Shown here piece by piece: positions 50,906 through 61,400 of a DNA stretch of 64,000 nucleotides. The number at the start of each line of letters is the position of its first letter. Position 1 is the first letter of the stretch. This DNA comes from Fibrobacteria bacterium (GTDB lineage: Bacteria; Fibrobacterota; Chitinivibrionia; Chitinivibrionales; FEN-1185). The stretch lies in contig JBBIGR010000011.1 in the NCBI GenBank assembly GCA_037447435.1, forward strand, positions 45,002 through 109,001, written 5' to 3'. The notes below the pieces were generated by a model that was not told the origin of the DNA, searched no databases, and saw only the letters and a list, made by a program, of their open reading frames with translations. Both the position numbers and the translations under genes were made by a program.

Positions 50906-51104
50906 GGTAAAAAATTCCCCATGCTAGGTAAATAAGTTCACAGTGTATCGGATTGATCTTTTTTAAACTTTAGATTTTTCTAAAGTTTTTTAATAAAATA
51001 TATTCATAGCTCATGTAATCACTTCAATATCAAGTATTTACCTCTAAAAATTAATTTTATTAAAATCCCTTCAGTAATAATAGAAGTATTGGCATTAAAC
51101 TTGC
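50906..51104 (+). promoter_or_regulatory. sigma54 promoter with IHF site and tandem upstream activator boxes (flgB operon)
   Basis: TGGCATT-N4-TTGC at 51090-51104; TATCAA-N4-TTA at 51028-51040; boxes at 50906 and 50927. Confidence 0.8.
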
Positions 51105-51151
51105 GTTCATCTTTGCCAGAGAAATACTATCAATGGCTTTATGGAGTTTTT

Positions 51152-51574
51152 ATGCTTGGCGAATCAATTTTTAACAGCAGCGATATTCCGCTTTTAACCA
51201 AAAGCCTGGATGCAGGAATGCTGCGGAACAAAGCGATTGCCAATAATATTGCGAATGTGAATACGCCGGGATACAAACGCCTTGAAGTCAGTTTTGAAGA
51301 TGAGCTTAAAAAAGCGCTTGATCGGGGCAAATTAAAAGGTATGCGGACCGATGATAAGCATCTTGATTTAGGCAAAATGGATATAGGTTCGCTTTCCCCG
51401 AAAATAAAACGGCCCGTCGATCCTACTTTACCAAGCGGCGTCAATAATGTCGATATCGATTCCGAAATGGCGAAGTTGGCGGAAAACCAGATTTTATATA
51501 ACTTTTCCGCAAAATTTTTAAGCGGAAAATTTAAGAAATTGAATGCGGCGATTCAAGCAAAAAGTTTGCAATAA
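51152..51574 (+). CDS. flgB: Flagellar rod protein FlgB
   Basis: ANNIANVNTPGYK, NNVDID.EM..LAENQ; GGAG RBS. Confidence 0.95.
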   Translation: MLGESIFNSSDIPLLTKSLDAGMLRNKAIANNIANVNTPGYKRLEVSFEDELKKALDRGKLKGMRTDDKHLDLGKMDIGSLSPKIKRPVDPTLPSGVNNVDIDSEMAKLAENQILYNFSAKFLSGKFKKLNAAIQAKSLQ

Positions 51575-51593
51575 TTTTTAAAAGGACCTCAAA

Positions 51594-52100
51594 ATGGCTC
51601 TTGTAGGACTTTTTACAGACTTGAATATAAGCGCTTCAGGGTTGCGGGCTCAACGCGTCCTGCAAAACACCATTTCCTCGAACTTGGCAAATGCGGAAAC
51701 GACGCGGACCGATAAAGGCGGGCCGTACAGAAGGCAATTTCCGGTGTTTGCAGCCGACAGCAAACAGAAGGATGTCCATATTGTAAATCAGGATATCAAA
51801 CTTGCCGGAGCCGTAACGCAAGAAAACCACATGGATATTCCTCCGCTCGAATTCCCGCGCGACAAACGGTTTTTCGGCAATGGCGTCAGGGTAGACGAAA
51901 TCAGGGAAGACACCCGGCCTCCCAAAATGGTTTATGATCCTGCACATCCTGATGCGGATGCGAACGGGTATGTCGCGATGCCGAATATCAATGTGGTTGA
52001 AGAAATGACGAATATGATCTCCGCAACACGTGCGTATGAGGCGAATGTGACCGCCTTTAATGCATCAAAAAGCATGTATATGCAGGCTATTCAAATATAA
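51594..52100 (+). CDS. flgC: Flagellar rod protein FlgC
   Basis: ISASGL.AQR, GGPYRRQ, YDP.HPDA...GYV.MPN, RAYEAN. Confidence 0.96.
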   Translation: MALVGLFTDLNISASGLRAQRVLQNTISSNLANAETTRTDKGGPYRRQFPVFAADSKQKDVHIVNQDIKLAGAVTQENHMDIPPLEFPRDKRFFGNGVRVDEIREDTRPPKMVYDPAHPDADANGYVAMPNINVVEEMTNMISATRAYEANVTAFNASKSMYMQAIQI

Positions 52101-52113
52101 ACGAGGTGTTCCT

Positions 52114-52374
52114 ATGCAGTCTGTAGCACAAGTAAATAATCTGGCGCAATTCATGAAAATCGTCGGCGCAGCACGGGAAAGAAATAATGCCCTGTCGTCG
52201 GGAATCGGGAAAAGCAATCAGGCATCTCGGCCTGTAAAACAGTTTTCATTGCCCAAGACAGGGTTTACGGCACAATATTCCAATGTGCAAAAAACTTTTA
52301 CAGATGCCTCGGAAACGGTAAATAAACCGGAACAGACTAAAAAACTGGGAACCAAGTTCGATGCGTATGCTTGA
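52114..52374 (+). CDS. Small hypothetical flagellar-operon protein (86 aa)
   Basis: GAGGTG RBS; sits directly after flgC; ends LGTKFDAYA. Confidence 0.7.
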   Translation: MQSVAQVNNLAQFMKIVGAARERNNALSSGIGKSNQASRPVKQFSLPKTGFTAQYSNVQKTFTDASETVNKPEQTKKLGTKFDAYA

Positions 52375-52476
52375 TTGTAAGTTCTTGCTTTATATATTAT
52401 TAAATAGTACAATGATTCGATACGGCAGCGGAAAAAAAGAAAAAATCAATATATCATGTTGTAAGAGGTTTTGAAA

Positions 52477-52782
52477 ATGAATCAAATAAACTCCATAGGC
52501 CCGATTCAAGACGGACAGGGCTTACAACAACCTGCCAAGATTCAAACAGGTAAAACGGACGGACCTTCTTTTAAAGATACGTTGAACGGATTTCTTAAAG
52601 ATGTCAATCAGATGCAATTAAAAGCCGACGAATCCATTACTAAAATGGTCGCGGGTGAAATTACCGATGTTCATCAGGTCATGGGTGCGGTTGAAGAAGC
52701 AAATACCGCTTTTAATATGATGATGGAAATCAGGAATAAAGTTATGGATGCGTATCAGGAAGTTTTACGTATGAGGTTATAA
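52477..52782 (+). CDS. fliE: Flagellar hook-basal body protein FliE
   Basis: SF.D.L...VN..Q, DVHQVM, EIRNKV.DAYQE..RM. Confidence 0.95.
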   Translation: MNQINSIGPIQDGQGLQQPAKIQTGKTDGPSFKDTLNGFLKDVNQMQLKADESITKMVAGEITDVHQVMGAVEEANTAFNMMMEIRNKVMDAYQEVLRMRL

Positions 52783-52917
52783 CCGGAATTAACGACGGAA
52801 TAAAAAAAAGAATTTGATTTTTATAATAGATTACAAGGGATAGAGGCGGAGGCGAGCATAAGACCGGGTAAGCAGTGAGGCGAATGCCCCGGTTATATTA
52901 CAGCAAAGGAGAGAGCA

Positions 52918-54453
52918 ATGTCCGAATTTTTCAAGCAATTAATTACACAATTGTCGGCAATTTGGCAGCGTTTAACGCTGCAGCAAAAAGTGATTACAAC
53001 CTCGCTCGTCGTGTTTACCTTCCTCGGCCTTTGTAGCCTCATGGTTTGGTCCAAAGCAACACCAGCCTCAAATGCGTATCAAACGTTATATTCCAATCTT
53101 GAATTGGACGATGCCGCTTCCGTTGGCGAACAGCTCAAAAAAGCGAATTTAAAATATAAAATCGAAAATGAGGGAAAAACCATACTTGTCGAGCGCTCGA
53201 AGATTTACGAAGCAAGAATGGCGCTTGCGAAAGCGGGGCTCCCGAAATCCCATGGTGTCGGGTACGAGTTGTTCGACAAAACGAATCTGGGAATGACCGA
53301 TTTCGTGCAAAAAGTAAATGCCCGCCGCGCTTTGGAAGGCGAATTGCAAAGAACGATCGAAGGGCTGGATGAGGTCAAATCGGCACGGGTTCACATCGTT
53401 GTTCCGGAACCCACCATCTTTCTTGATAATCAGAAAGATGCCAAAGCGTCGGTTGTGGTTAAAATGGCAACGGGTATGCAGTTGACAAAAGAACAAATAC
53501 GCGGAATAACGTTTTTGATTTCCTCCAGCGTCGACGGTCTTAAACCGCAAAACATTTCAATAATCGATTTTGAAGGAAAATTGTTGTCCAATCCTTTCGG
53601 CGGCGACGAATCCATCATGGCGAGTTCGCAAAACGTCGAACTGCAGCAAAACGTCGAGAAATACCTTGAAGCAAAGGCCGATCAATTACTCAACGACGTC
53701 CTCGGTCCTTCAAAGGCCAAAGTAAAAGTGTCCGTCGACATGGATTTTGACAAAGCCGAAAAAACAATGGAGAAATACGATCCCGAAAGTAAAGTTGTCC
53801 GCTCGGAAGAACGCGAAGATGAAAATGTCAAAAATGCCCCCGACGGCGATCAAACCAAAGAAAAATCGCTCACCAATTACGAAATAAACAAAACCATAGA
53901 ACATGTAGTCGGAGAAATCGGTAATATAAAGAGAATGACGATTTCAGTGGTGGTCGATGGGAAATACGAAACGGATAAAACAGGAAAACAAACTTTCGTC
54001 GCACGTACTGCCCAGGAAATTCAATCCATGGAAGATATGGTGAAAAACACTCTTGGCTACGATCTTACGCGCGGTGATCAAATCAGCGTTGTTTCCATGC
54101 AATTCGATAACGAATTTTTACGTAAAGAACAAAATGAAATGCAAAAGCATGATGAATGGGAACGTTGGATGACGATAGCCAAATACGCCGCAATTTTCTT
54201 TATTGCGATTTTATTCATATTCTTCCTCCGTTACTTGGCAAAAACAGTTGCCGAGGCAATGAATCCGCCATTGCCAAAACTTGAACAATTCGGTTTTGTC
54301 GAACAAGTTCCCGAAGAGGTTCCCGAAAACGTCAAACGCAGTTCCGAAATTCTTGAACGCGTCGAGATGCTTTCACGGGAGGAACCTGTCAATATTGCGC
54401 ATATCATACGTCAATGGCTCTCGGAGCCTGCGCCGGCGGCGCATAAAAAATGA
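52918..54453 (+). CDS. fliF: Flagellar M-ring protein FliF
   Basis: GYELFD, ALEGELQRTI, ARVHI, NYEI; two TM helices. Confidence 0.96.
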   Translation: MSEFFKQLITQLSAIWQRLTLQQKVITTSLVVFTFLGLCSLMVWSKATPASNAYQTLYSNLELDDAASVGEQLKKANLKYKIENEGKTILVERSKIYEARMALAKAGLPKSHGVGYELFDKTNLGMTDFVQKVNARRALEGELQRTIEGLDEVKSARVHIVVPEPTIFLDNQKDAKASVVVKMATGMQLTKEQIRGITFLISSSVDGLKPQNISIIDFEGKLLSNPFGGDESIMASSQNVELQQNVEKYLEAKADQLLNDVLGPSKAKVKVSVDMDFDKAEKTMEKYDPESKVVRSEEREDENVKNAPDGDQTKEKSLTNYEINKTIEHVVGEIGNIKRMTISVVVDGKYETDKTGKQTFVARTAQEIQSMEDMVKNTLGYDLTRGDQISVVSMQFDNEFLRKEQNEMQKHDEWERWMTIAKYAAIFFIAILFIFFLRYLAKTVAEAMNPPLPKLEQFGFVEQVPEEVPENVKRSSEILERVEMLSREEPVNIAHIIRQWLSEPAPAAHKK

Positions 54454-54464
54454 TGATATTTTTT

Positions 54465-54539
54465 ATCCCGGATTTTTTTATCACATACCAAAAAAATCCG
54501 GGATTTTTACTTGAAACATCATCGCATGAGTACTATACT
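54465..54539 (+). promoter_or_regulatory. Terminator-like hairpin followed by sigma70 promoter between fliF and fliG
   Basis: 14-bp stem ATCCCGGATTTTTT/AAAAAATCCGGGAT (54465-54504) plus T run; TTGAAA-17 nt-TATACT (54511-54539). Confidence 0.65.
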
Positions 54540-54593
54540 ATAATTAATTCATCCAATATTATTGATCCAAGGTAACTTGTTCGGAGTATTTAC

Positions 54594-55703
54594 ATGGCAG
54601 ATAAAAAAGAAGAAACCGCCGAAGGTGGCAAAAAAGACGGCTTTTATAAGGAAAAAGGCGGTGCGGACAAGGGACTTTCTTCCGCGCGGGCGGACATGGT
54701 TAAAAATATTCCCGGCCCCAAAAAAGCGGCAATCGTCATGGTTGCTTTGGGATCCGAAGCTTCGTCGCAAATCCTTAAAAATCTTGACGAACACGAAGTC
54801 GAGAGATTATCTACCGAAATTGCAAAGCTCGATAATGTGACGCCCGAATTCAGGGAAGCGGTTTTAGAAGAATTTCACAACATTGCCATCGCGCAGCAAT
54901 ACGTTTCTCAAGGCGGTATCGGCTATGCAAAAGAGATTCTCGAGCAGGCTTTAGGGCCTCGCAAAGCCAAAGAAATATTGGAAAAAGTCCAGCAAACCAT
55001 TCGAACCACCGGTTTTAACCTCCTTGAAAATGTTGATCCGAAACAACTCGTCAATTTTATCCAAAAAGAACATCCGCAAACCATTGCGCTTTTGTTGGCG
55101 CATATGGGGGCAAGCAATGCCGCAGGAATCGTTTCCGCCTTGCCGCAGGAATTGCAGGTCGATGTCGCAACTCGCATAGCAACCATGGAAAGCATTTCTC
55201 CCGACACGCTGGACCAAGTCGAAGAAGTGCTGGTAGGTCAGGTAAAATCCCTGTTCGGAGGCGATGTTTCGGAAATCGGCGGCGTCAAAGCGGTTGCTGA
55301 AATGCTCAACAGTGTCGATCGCGGAACGGAAAAAAACATTTTGGGCAATTTGGAACGGGAAAATCCCGAGCTTGCAACGGAAATCAAGAGCCTCATGTTT
55401 GTGTTCGAGGATGTTCTGCTTATCGACGACCGATCGATGCAGCGTGTTTTAAAAGAAGTGGACACCAAGGAATTGGCTATGGCGTTGAAAGGCGCATCCG
55501 AAGAATTGCAAGTAAAATTCTTCAGAAACATGTCGTCGAGGGCGGCGGAAATGATCAAGGAAGACATGGAATTTATGGGACCGGTACGCCTCAAAGACGT
55601 CGAAGAAGTTCAGCAACGTATTGTCGATGTCATACGAAGATTGGAAGAAGACGGTGAAATTGTCATAAGCGGTCGCGGCGGAGACGAAGAAATCGTTGTG
55701 TAA
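54594..55703 (+). CDS. fliG: Flagellar motor switch protein FliG
   Basis: KAAI, EHPQTIAL, MFVFED, NMSSRAA, GPVRL.DVE. Confidence 0.97.
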   Translation: MADKKEETAEGGKKDGFYKEKGGADKGLSSARADMVKNIPGPKKAAIVMVALGSEASSQILKNLDEHEVERLSTEIAKLDNVTPEFREAVLEEFHNIAIAQQYVSQGGIGYAKEILEQALGPRKAKEILEKVQQTIRTTGFNLLENVDPKQLVNFIQKEHPQTIALLLAHMGASNAAGIVSALPQELQVDVATRIATMESISPDTLDQVEEVLVGQVKSLFGGDVSEIGGVKAVAEMLNSVDRGTEKNILGNLERENPELATEIKSLMFVFEDVLLIDDRSMQRVLKEVDTKELAMALKGASEELQVKFFRNMSSRAAEMIKEDMEFMGPVRLKDVEEVQQRIVDVIRRLEEDGEIVISGRGGDEEIVV

Positions 55704-55717
55704 AGGAGAATCATTCT

Positions 55718-56551
55718 GTGGACAATAATCAATTATCTTCGAAAGACGTTTCAACGCTTATCGATCATTTGCTCAAATCAAAGGATCCCGCCACCGTCGG
55801 AGTGCGAAAAATTGTAAAAAGTAAACGCGATGCGGCCGATGAATTTCCGTTGCACCCGTTATCCTATGAAGAATTTCACGTTCCGGGACAAACAAAGGAT
55901 CCGTTTTCACACGATGAAAAACTGATTTTGGAACTTGAAAAAAAAGTTAAAGACATGGAATCGGCAATGGATGCCGAAAAAGAGAAATCGAAAGCGGCAA
56001 TCGCGGCTTCTTATCAAAAAGGATTGAGCGAAGGCCTTGCAAAAGGTGAAGAAGAAGGAAAGAAAAAAGCAAGGCATGTGTTTGACAACCAGGTAACGGA
56101 CTTGCAATCCAGAATCTCCAAATACCTTGAGGACCTTGAAGCCGCAAAAAATAAAATCTATACCGACGCCCATACGGTACTGCTTGCACTTTGTCTCGAA
56201 TTAACTAAAAAGATTATTCATACCGAATGCATGACGAATCCGGATATTGTCTGCGAAGTAATCAAAAAAAGCCTGCGGTATATTTCGGACCGCGAAAAAC
56301 TTGTTTTGCGCGTTTCAAAAAACGATTTGGAAACGGTTTCCCTTAAAAAAGACTTCTGGCTGCCAATTGGAGAAAAAATAGAAAAAATAGTCATCGAGGC
56401 GGACGACCGTGTGGAAAAAGGCGGCTGTATTATCGAATCGAATTCAGGTACCGCAGATGCCCGTCTCGGCATTCAATTGACGGAATTGTCATCGTATGTC
56501 GAATCGATTTGGGAAAGCGCTATTACCGGTCAACCTGCTCCGACAATGTAA
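55718..56551 (+). CDS. fliH: Flagellar export protein FliH
   Basis: GxxxG repeats (YQKGLSEGLAKG), GGCIIE...G..DAR; GTG start with AAAGGAG. Confidence 0.88.
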   Translation: MDNNQLSSKDVSTLIDHLLKSKDPATVGVRKIVKSKRDAADEFPLHPLSYEEFHVPGQTKDPFSHDEKLILELEKKVKDMESAMDAEKEKSKAAIAASYQKGLSEGLAKGEEEGKKKARHVFDNQVTDLQSRISKYLEDLEAAKNKIYTDAHTVLLALCLELTKKIIHTECMTNPDIVCEVIKKSLRYISDREKLVLRVSKNDLETVSLKKDFWLPIGEKIEKIVIEADDRVEKGGCIIESNSGTADARLGIQLTELSSYVESIWESAITGQPAPTM

Positions 56552-56556
56552 TTTCC

Positions 56557-57882
56557 ATGAACACCGATTATTTATTCCAGCCTTTGTTTTCCGCAATCGC
56601 AAATACCGAACCCATACGCGTTTACGGCAAAGTCGCCGAAGTCATCGGGCTTTTAATCGAATCCGTCGGTCCCGGCGCCTCGATCGGGGATGTTTGCATT
56701 ATAGAAAAAGCGGGGCAATGTCTCGGCCGTGCCGAAGTGGTGGGGTTTAAAAAAAACCGCACGCTGTTAATGCCTCTTGGTCCAATGGAAGGAATTCATC
56801 CGGGATTATTGGTTGTCGGAACCAAAGGGCCGCTTACCATAGGCGTGGGCGATCAATTGCTCGGAAGAGTACTGGATGGCTTAGGTAATCCGCTCGACGC
56901 AAAAGGGCCGGTTTCTTCGCAGGAACAGCGACCGATTTTCGCAAATGTCCCTAACCCGCTTACCCGGAGACGGATTTCAGAACCGTTCATTACCGGCGTA
57001 CGTGCCGTTGATTCCATGACAACGATCGGTAAAGGCCAACGAATGGGAATATTTGCAGGCAGCGGCGTTGGAAAAAGCGTCTTGTTGGGGATGATGGCAA
57101 AAAACTGCAAATCGGACATAAACGTTATTGCCTTGATAGGTGAACGAGGTCGCGAGGTACGGGAATTTATCGAACGCGATCTTGGTGAAGAAGGACTCAA
57201 GCGTTCCATTGTTGTTGTCGCAACATCCGATCAGCCCGCATTAATCCGTTTAAAAGGTGCAATGGTCGCGGCAACAATCGCAGAATATTTCAGGGACAAG
57301 GGCAAAGACGTTTTATTCATGGTCGATTCAATCACAAGACTGGCGGCCGCACAGCGTGAAATAGGACTTGCTATTGGTGAACCGCCGGCAACAAAAGGCT
57401 ACACGCCTTCTGTTTTTGCAATGCTGCCGCGTTTTCTGGAACGCGCGGGAAATTCCAATGCGGGAACCATTACCGGCTTGTTCACGGTCCTTGTTGACGG
57501 AGACGATATGGATGAACCGATTTCCGATGCCGCTCGCAGCATTTTGGACGGCCATATTGCACTGTCGCGCAAACTTGCTCATCGAAACCATTATCCGGCC
57601 ATCGACGTATTGGAAAGCATTTCGCGTTGCATGCCGGATGTGGTGACGCAAGATCATTTGGGAATAAGCGGAAGAATCAAAGACCTCATGGCCGCCTATA
57701 GGGAAAATGAAGACATCATTCAAATCGGCGCATACGCATCCGGCACCAGCGCACGGGTAGACAAAAGTATTCGGGTGCACGATATTCTCGATACGTTTTT
57801 ACGCCAGGGCCGAAACGATAAGAACGACCTGGCCGAAACCATGAAAAAACTTGCGGAAATAGATTCCATGACAAAAGGATAA
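56557..57882 (+). CDS. fliI: Flagellar export ATPase FliI
   Basis: GIFAGSGVGKS, LIGERGREV, GEPP.TKGY, LDGHI.LSR. Confidence 0.96.
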   Translation: MNTDYLFQPLFSAIANTEPIRVYGKVAEVIGLLIESVGPGASIGDVCIIEKAGQCLGRAEVVGFKKNRTLLMPLGPMEGIHPGLLVVGTKGPLTIGVGDQLLGRVLDGLGNPLDAKGPVSSQEQRPIFANVPNPLTRRRISEPFITGVRAVDSMTTIGKGQRMGIFAGSGVGKSVLLGMMAKNCKSDINVIALIGERGREVREFIERDLGEEGLKRSIVVVATSDQPALIRLKGAMVAATIAEYFRDKGKDVLFMVDSITRLAAAQREIGLAIGEPPATKGYTPSVFAMLPRFLERAGNSNAGTITGLFTVLVDGDDMDEPISDAARSILDGHIALSRKLAHRNHYPAIDVLESISRCMPDVVTQDHLGISGRIKDLMAAYRENEDIIQIGAYASGTSARVDKSIRVHDILDTFLRQGRNDKNDLAETMKKLAEIDSMTKG

Positions 57883-57886
57883 TGCA

Positions 57887-58363
57887 ATGAAACGGTTCCA
57901 ATTTAAATTACAAGCGTTGCTTGAAATAAAAAAAAGGGCCGAAGACGACATTAAAAAAAAACTGGGAGCTAAAAACAGGGAAATTTTATCTTCACGTCAA
58001 GAGCGTGTCGACCTTGGCAAGAAATTGGAATCGTTTTTTGTCGAAGAGAAACAGCAGCGCTTGCGGGTTTTGGACTTATTGTCGCTTCGATTTTCGATTT
58101 CATATCGAAGCCATTTGCAAAAAGAAATCATTAAAAAAGAACAAGACATCCGCGCGCTCATGCTGGAACAGGAACAATTGCGTGGAAAACTCGCGTTTGC
58201 CCGAAAACAGAGCAGGGTGCTGGAGCTATTGAAAGAAAAGAAACTATTGGAATGGAAAAAAGAATACCAATTGGAAGAGCGGGAATTTGCGGACGATATA
58301 TCGCAAAAAGGATTTATCAGGCGAATGCATGCGGCGGAAAAAGAAGCCCGAGCAATCGATTGA
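57887..58363 (+). CDS. fliJ: Flagellar export protein FliJ
   Basis: MKRFQFKLQ.LL; coiled coil; follows fliI. Confidence 0.88.
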   Translation: MKRFQFKLQALLEIKKRAEDDIKKKLGAKNREILSSRQERVDLGKKLESFFVEEKQQRLRVLDLLSLRFSISYRSHLQKEIIKKEQDIRALMLEQEQLRGKLAFARKQSRVLELLKEKKLLEWKKEYQLEEREFADDISQKGFIRRMHAAEKEARAID

Positions 58364-58402
58364 CAACCCGACAGTACACCGAAAGAAAGAATATATAAAA
58401 AC

Positions 58403-61400
58403 ATGCGCCCGGCTTTTCTGCTTTTTTTTTATATGATCTTTTTATCGGCCGCCGTTGCTCTCGGCGGTTCATATACGGACAATAATTTCCGCAATTTTTC
58501 GACCGCAACGAACCTTAAAAACCAGGACAGCCTCCAGCTTTCAATCAGCAATTTCATTCTAGCCAAACTGGAAACAATTACGAGGCCGGGAAATACCAAT
58601 TCCCGCATGCGCGCGCCCGACGTTACAGGCAGCGGAATCGGTAAATTTTCTTTTTTCTGGGCCGATTCAATAAAAACGAATCATCCTTTCGATAATATTT
58701 ATAAAAGGGATTATGTGGTGACCGCAACCGGCGTCGATTCGTCGGCCGGCCCGGTCAATTATTGTAATTATGCAAAACCGCAGGTCAACTATCTGCATGT
58801 AGACAAAGGAACAAACGGGTATTTTCTTTCTTTCATAACGCCCAATACCGATTCCCTCAGAGTGTTTTCGGAACCGGGTACGATTGCAATTGCAAGGGTG
58901 GGAGGCACCGGCGGATCCCGTTGGGGATCGCAATGCTATTGGCGTAAAGATACGTGTTTGGTCGTGTTCCCAAAAGTAAGCGACCAAAAATTGTTGATGA
59001 GGCGCATTTATCTAGTCGGCAATACCGTGACGCAGTCTGCCAAAGAAGACACTGTTTATTCCACTGCCGATGTCGGAAATCATCCAATTTCCAATCCCAG
59101 CCTTGCATCCGACAATCTCGGAAATGTGTTGATTATGTGGTTAGACGGCCCGCCCAATCCGTTGCCCGGCTTTACAAAGTCGTTGAAATGCATGGTTTAT
59201 AACCCAAACAGGGCCAAGTCCGATAGCGCAAGCTTTACAACCACCGTAGACAGCCTCGGACTATCCAATTTTTATGACGAATCGCCGGTTGTGTCGTACG
59301 CACCAAATTCCTTCGGCAGTGTTTGTTGGGACTCGAAAGGAATTCTATTCAGGTCGATTCGTCTTGGGCCGCCTATGATTGTCGACACAGTCAGACTCGA
59401 AGCAATAAGCACTTCGCGGTATCCTGCCATTACAAGCAATGGAAACAATATTGCGGTGGTATGGATGACCGATTCTGCAAACAGCAGTTATTTAAAAATT
59501 CATGGAATAGTCGATACGATAAAACCAGGATATGTTCCTTTTACATCCAATCAGAACGTCACCACTTTTTCCGATATTTCATTGCCGACCGGAAAAATAC
59601 CGGGGAAAGGGCCTCCGGCACCGACCTCTTTTACTTTAAATTGCGCGATGGATTCCCTGGGAAGCATTGCCGCGACATGGCCGCTGGACAGTTTGGTCCA
59701 GATTCGGCTTTGGGCAAACAGGGGAGTAAAGACCGATAGCGGAATTTGGATTTCACAGGCAACTCGGTTTATGACCACGACAACCGATTCGTCGGTCATA
59801 TATCCGGGTTCCTTTTCTTTCTATGATCAAAAATTTCAATTAACCAATAACGATTCGGCGCGATTTTATATTCGTGTCGGACAAGATTCCGCCGACGAAT
59901 CCGCCTGGAGTCCCTGGACGTTGGCTTCGGATTCGGCCGCTTTGGCGGCAAATACCAAAGGCATTAACAGTTTTTTCAAATATAAACTGGTCTTATATCG
60001 CGGTCAAGACACTTTGGGTACTCCAATTGTTAAAAATTGCAACATAAAGTGGAATGCCAAGCCGCAATTTCAGCAAATCGATTCCGTTTATATAAACAAT
60101 AGTAAAGTCGCCACGCCGAATTTCGGCGATACTGTTTCGGTATTTTCCCGAAGCGATTCCGTTTCCGTGTTTTTTTCTTTGCGTGATGCGGACGCTACTG
60201 ATACGCTTTATACCCATGTCAACGGATATAACGCCATTATCGATTCTTTGGACACCTTATTTCCGGCAACCGGACGTTTTACCCGCATTAAATGTCTGCC
60301 AATGGTAAAATCAGACTCGGTTTACAATATTCTTTTTTCCGCGTGGGACAAAAAAGGATGGTCTGCATCATCAAAGAAAATTGTCATTAAGACGCGAAAC
60401 GCCAGACCGCAACTGCACGCGTTTACCATTCTCGATACGAATCATACCGGCAAATTCGATACGTCGGAAATCGTTTCCAGCAAATCGTTTGTGTTACCGC
60501 AAACCGATTCCATACGTTTTTTATTTAACTGCCAAGACAGCAATGACGCGGCTGCCAAAGCATACGCTGCCGTCAATTTACAAAAAACCGATTCCGGTTC
60601 GCAAGGAACGAATAAACTGATTACCTTTAAAGGCAGCGCCGGTAGAGCGGCAGGCGATACGGTTTCATTTACCTTTGCAGACCCGGAAACGTCGCTTATC
60701 CGATCGAGCATTTTGCGTATCAATCATTTTCCATCTATTCTTTCATTGCAAAGCAACGGCAAAACGCTCCATAACAGGGACACGGTATCGGTCGGCATCG
60801 GCTCGCCAATATCGGTGCAGGTATCGGCCAAAGATACGGATGTTTCCTATTGGGACACATTGCGATATCGCTTCACCATAGGAACCCATGATACGACCGT
60901 AAAAACGTCCACATTTTCATTTGTCGCATCACTGGCGGATACGAATATGCTGGTACGAATTTACGACATATACAATAAAATCGATTCGGCAAGGATTTTC
61001 CTGAAAAGCCCGTGGCTGGCGACAGATACCGTGGCAAATAAAGGGTATACCCTGGCAAAGAAAATATTAAAAGACAGTTGTCAAATAATTATCGGCAGTA
61101 AAAACATCGATTCGGTTTTCATTCCGTTTTTAAATAACGGTAACGATACGCTTAAGATAACTTCAGTAAAGTTTGCCGGTTCTCAGGCTGCATGGTTGAC
61201 CGCAAGACTTCCGTTACGTACAAAGGATTCCGTTTTTAATTCATTGAGCTCGGGAACAATAGACACGATTGCGATTGCTCCCGGTCAATTAAAAAACATC
61301 GTTGTTTTTCTCGATGCCTCGCATTTGACCGGAGACGGAATGGCCGGCGATACCATCATCATCGGCACCAATGATTTTGGCCATCAATTCGATACGATTC

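Noticed and set aside
52815..52917. Purine-rich fliF leader with ACCGGG...CCCGGT stem
   Set aside because: Short stem and no recognisable RNA family; too weak to call.
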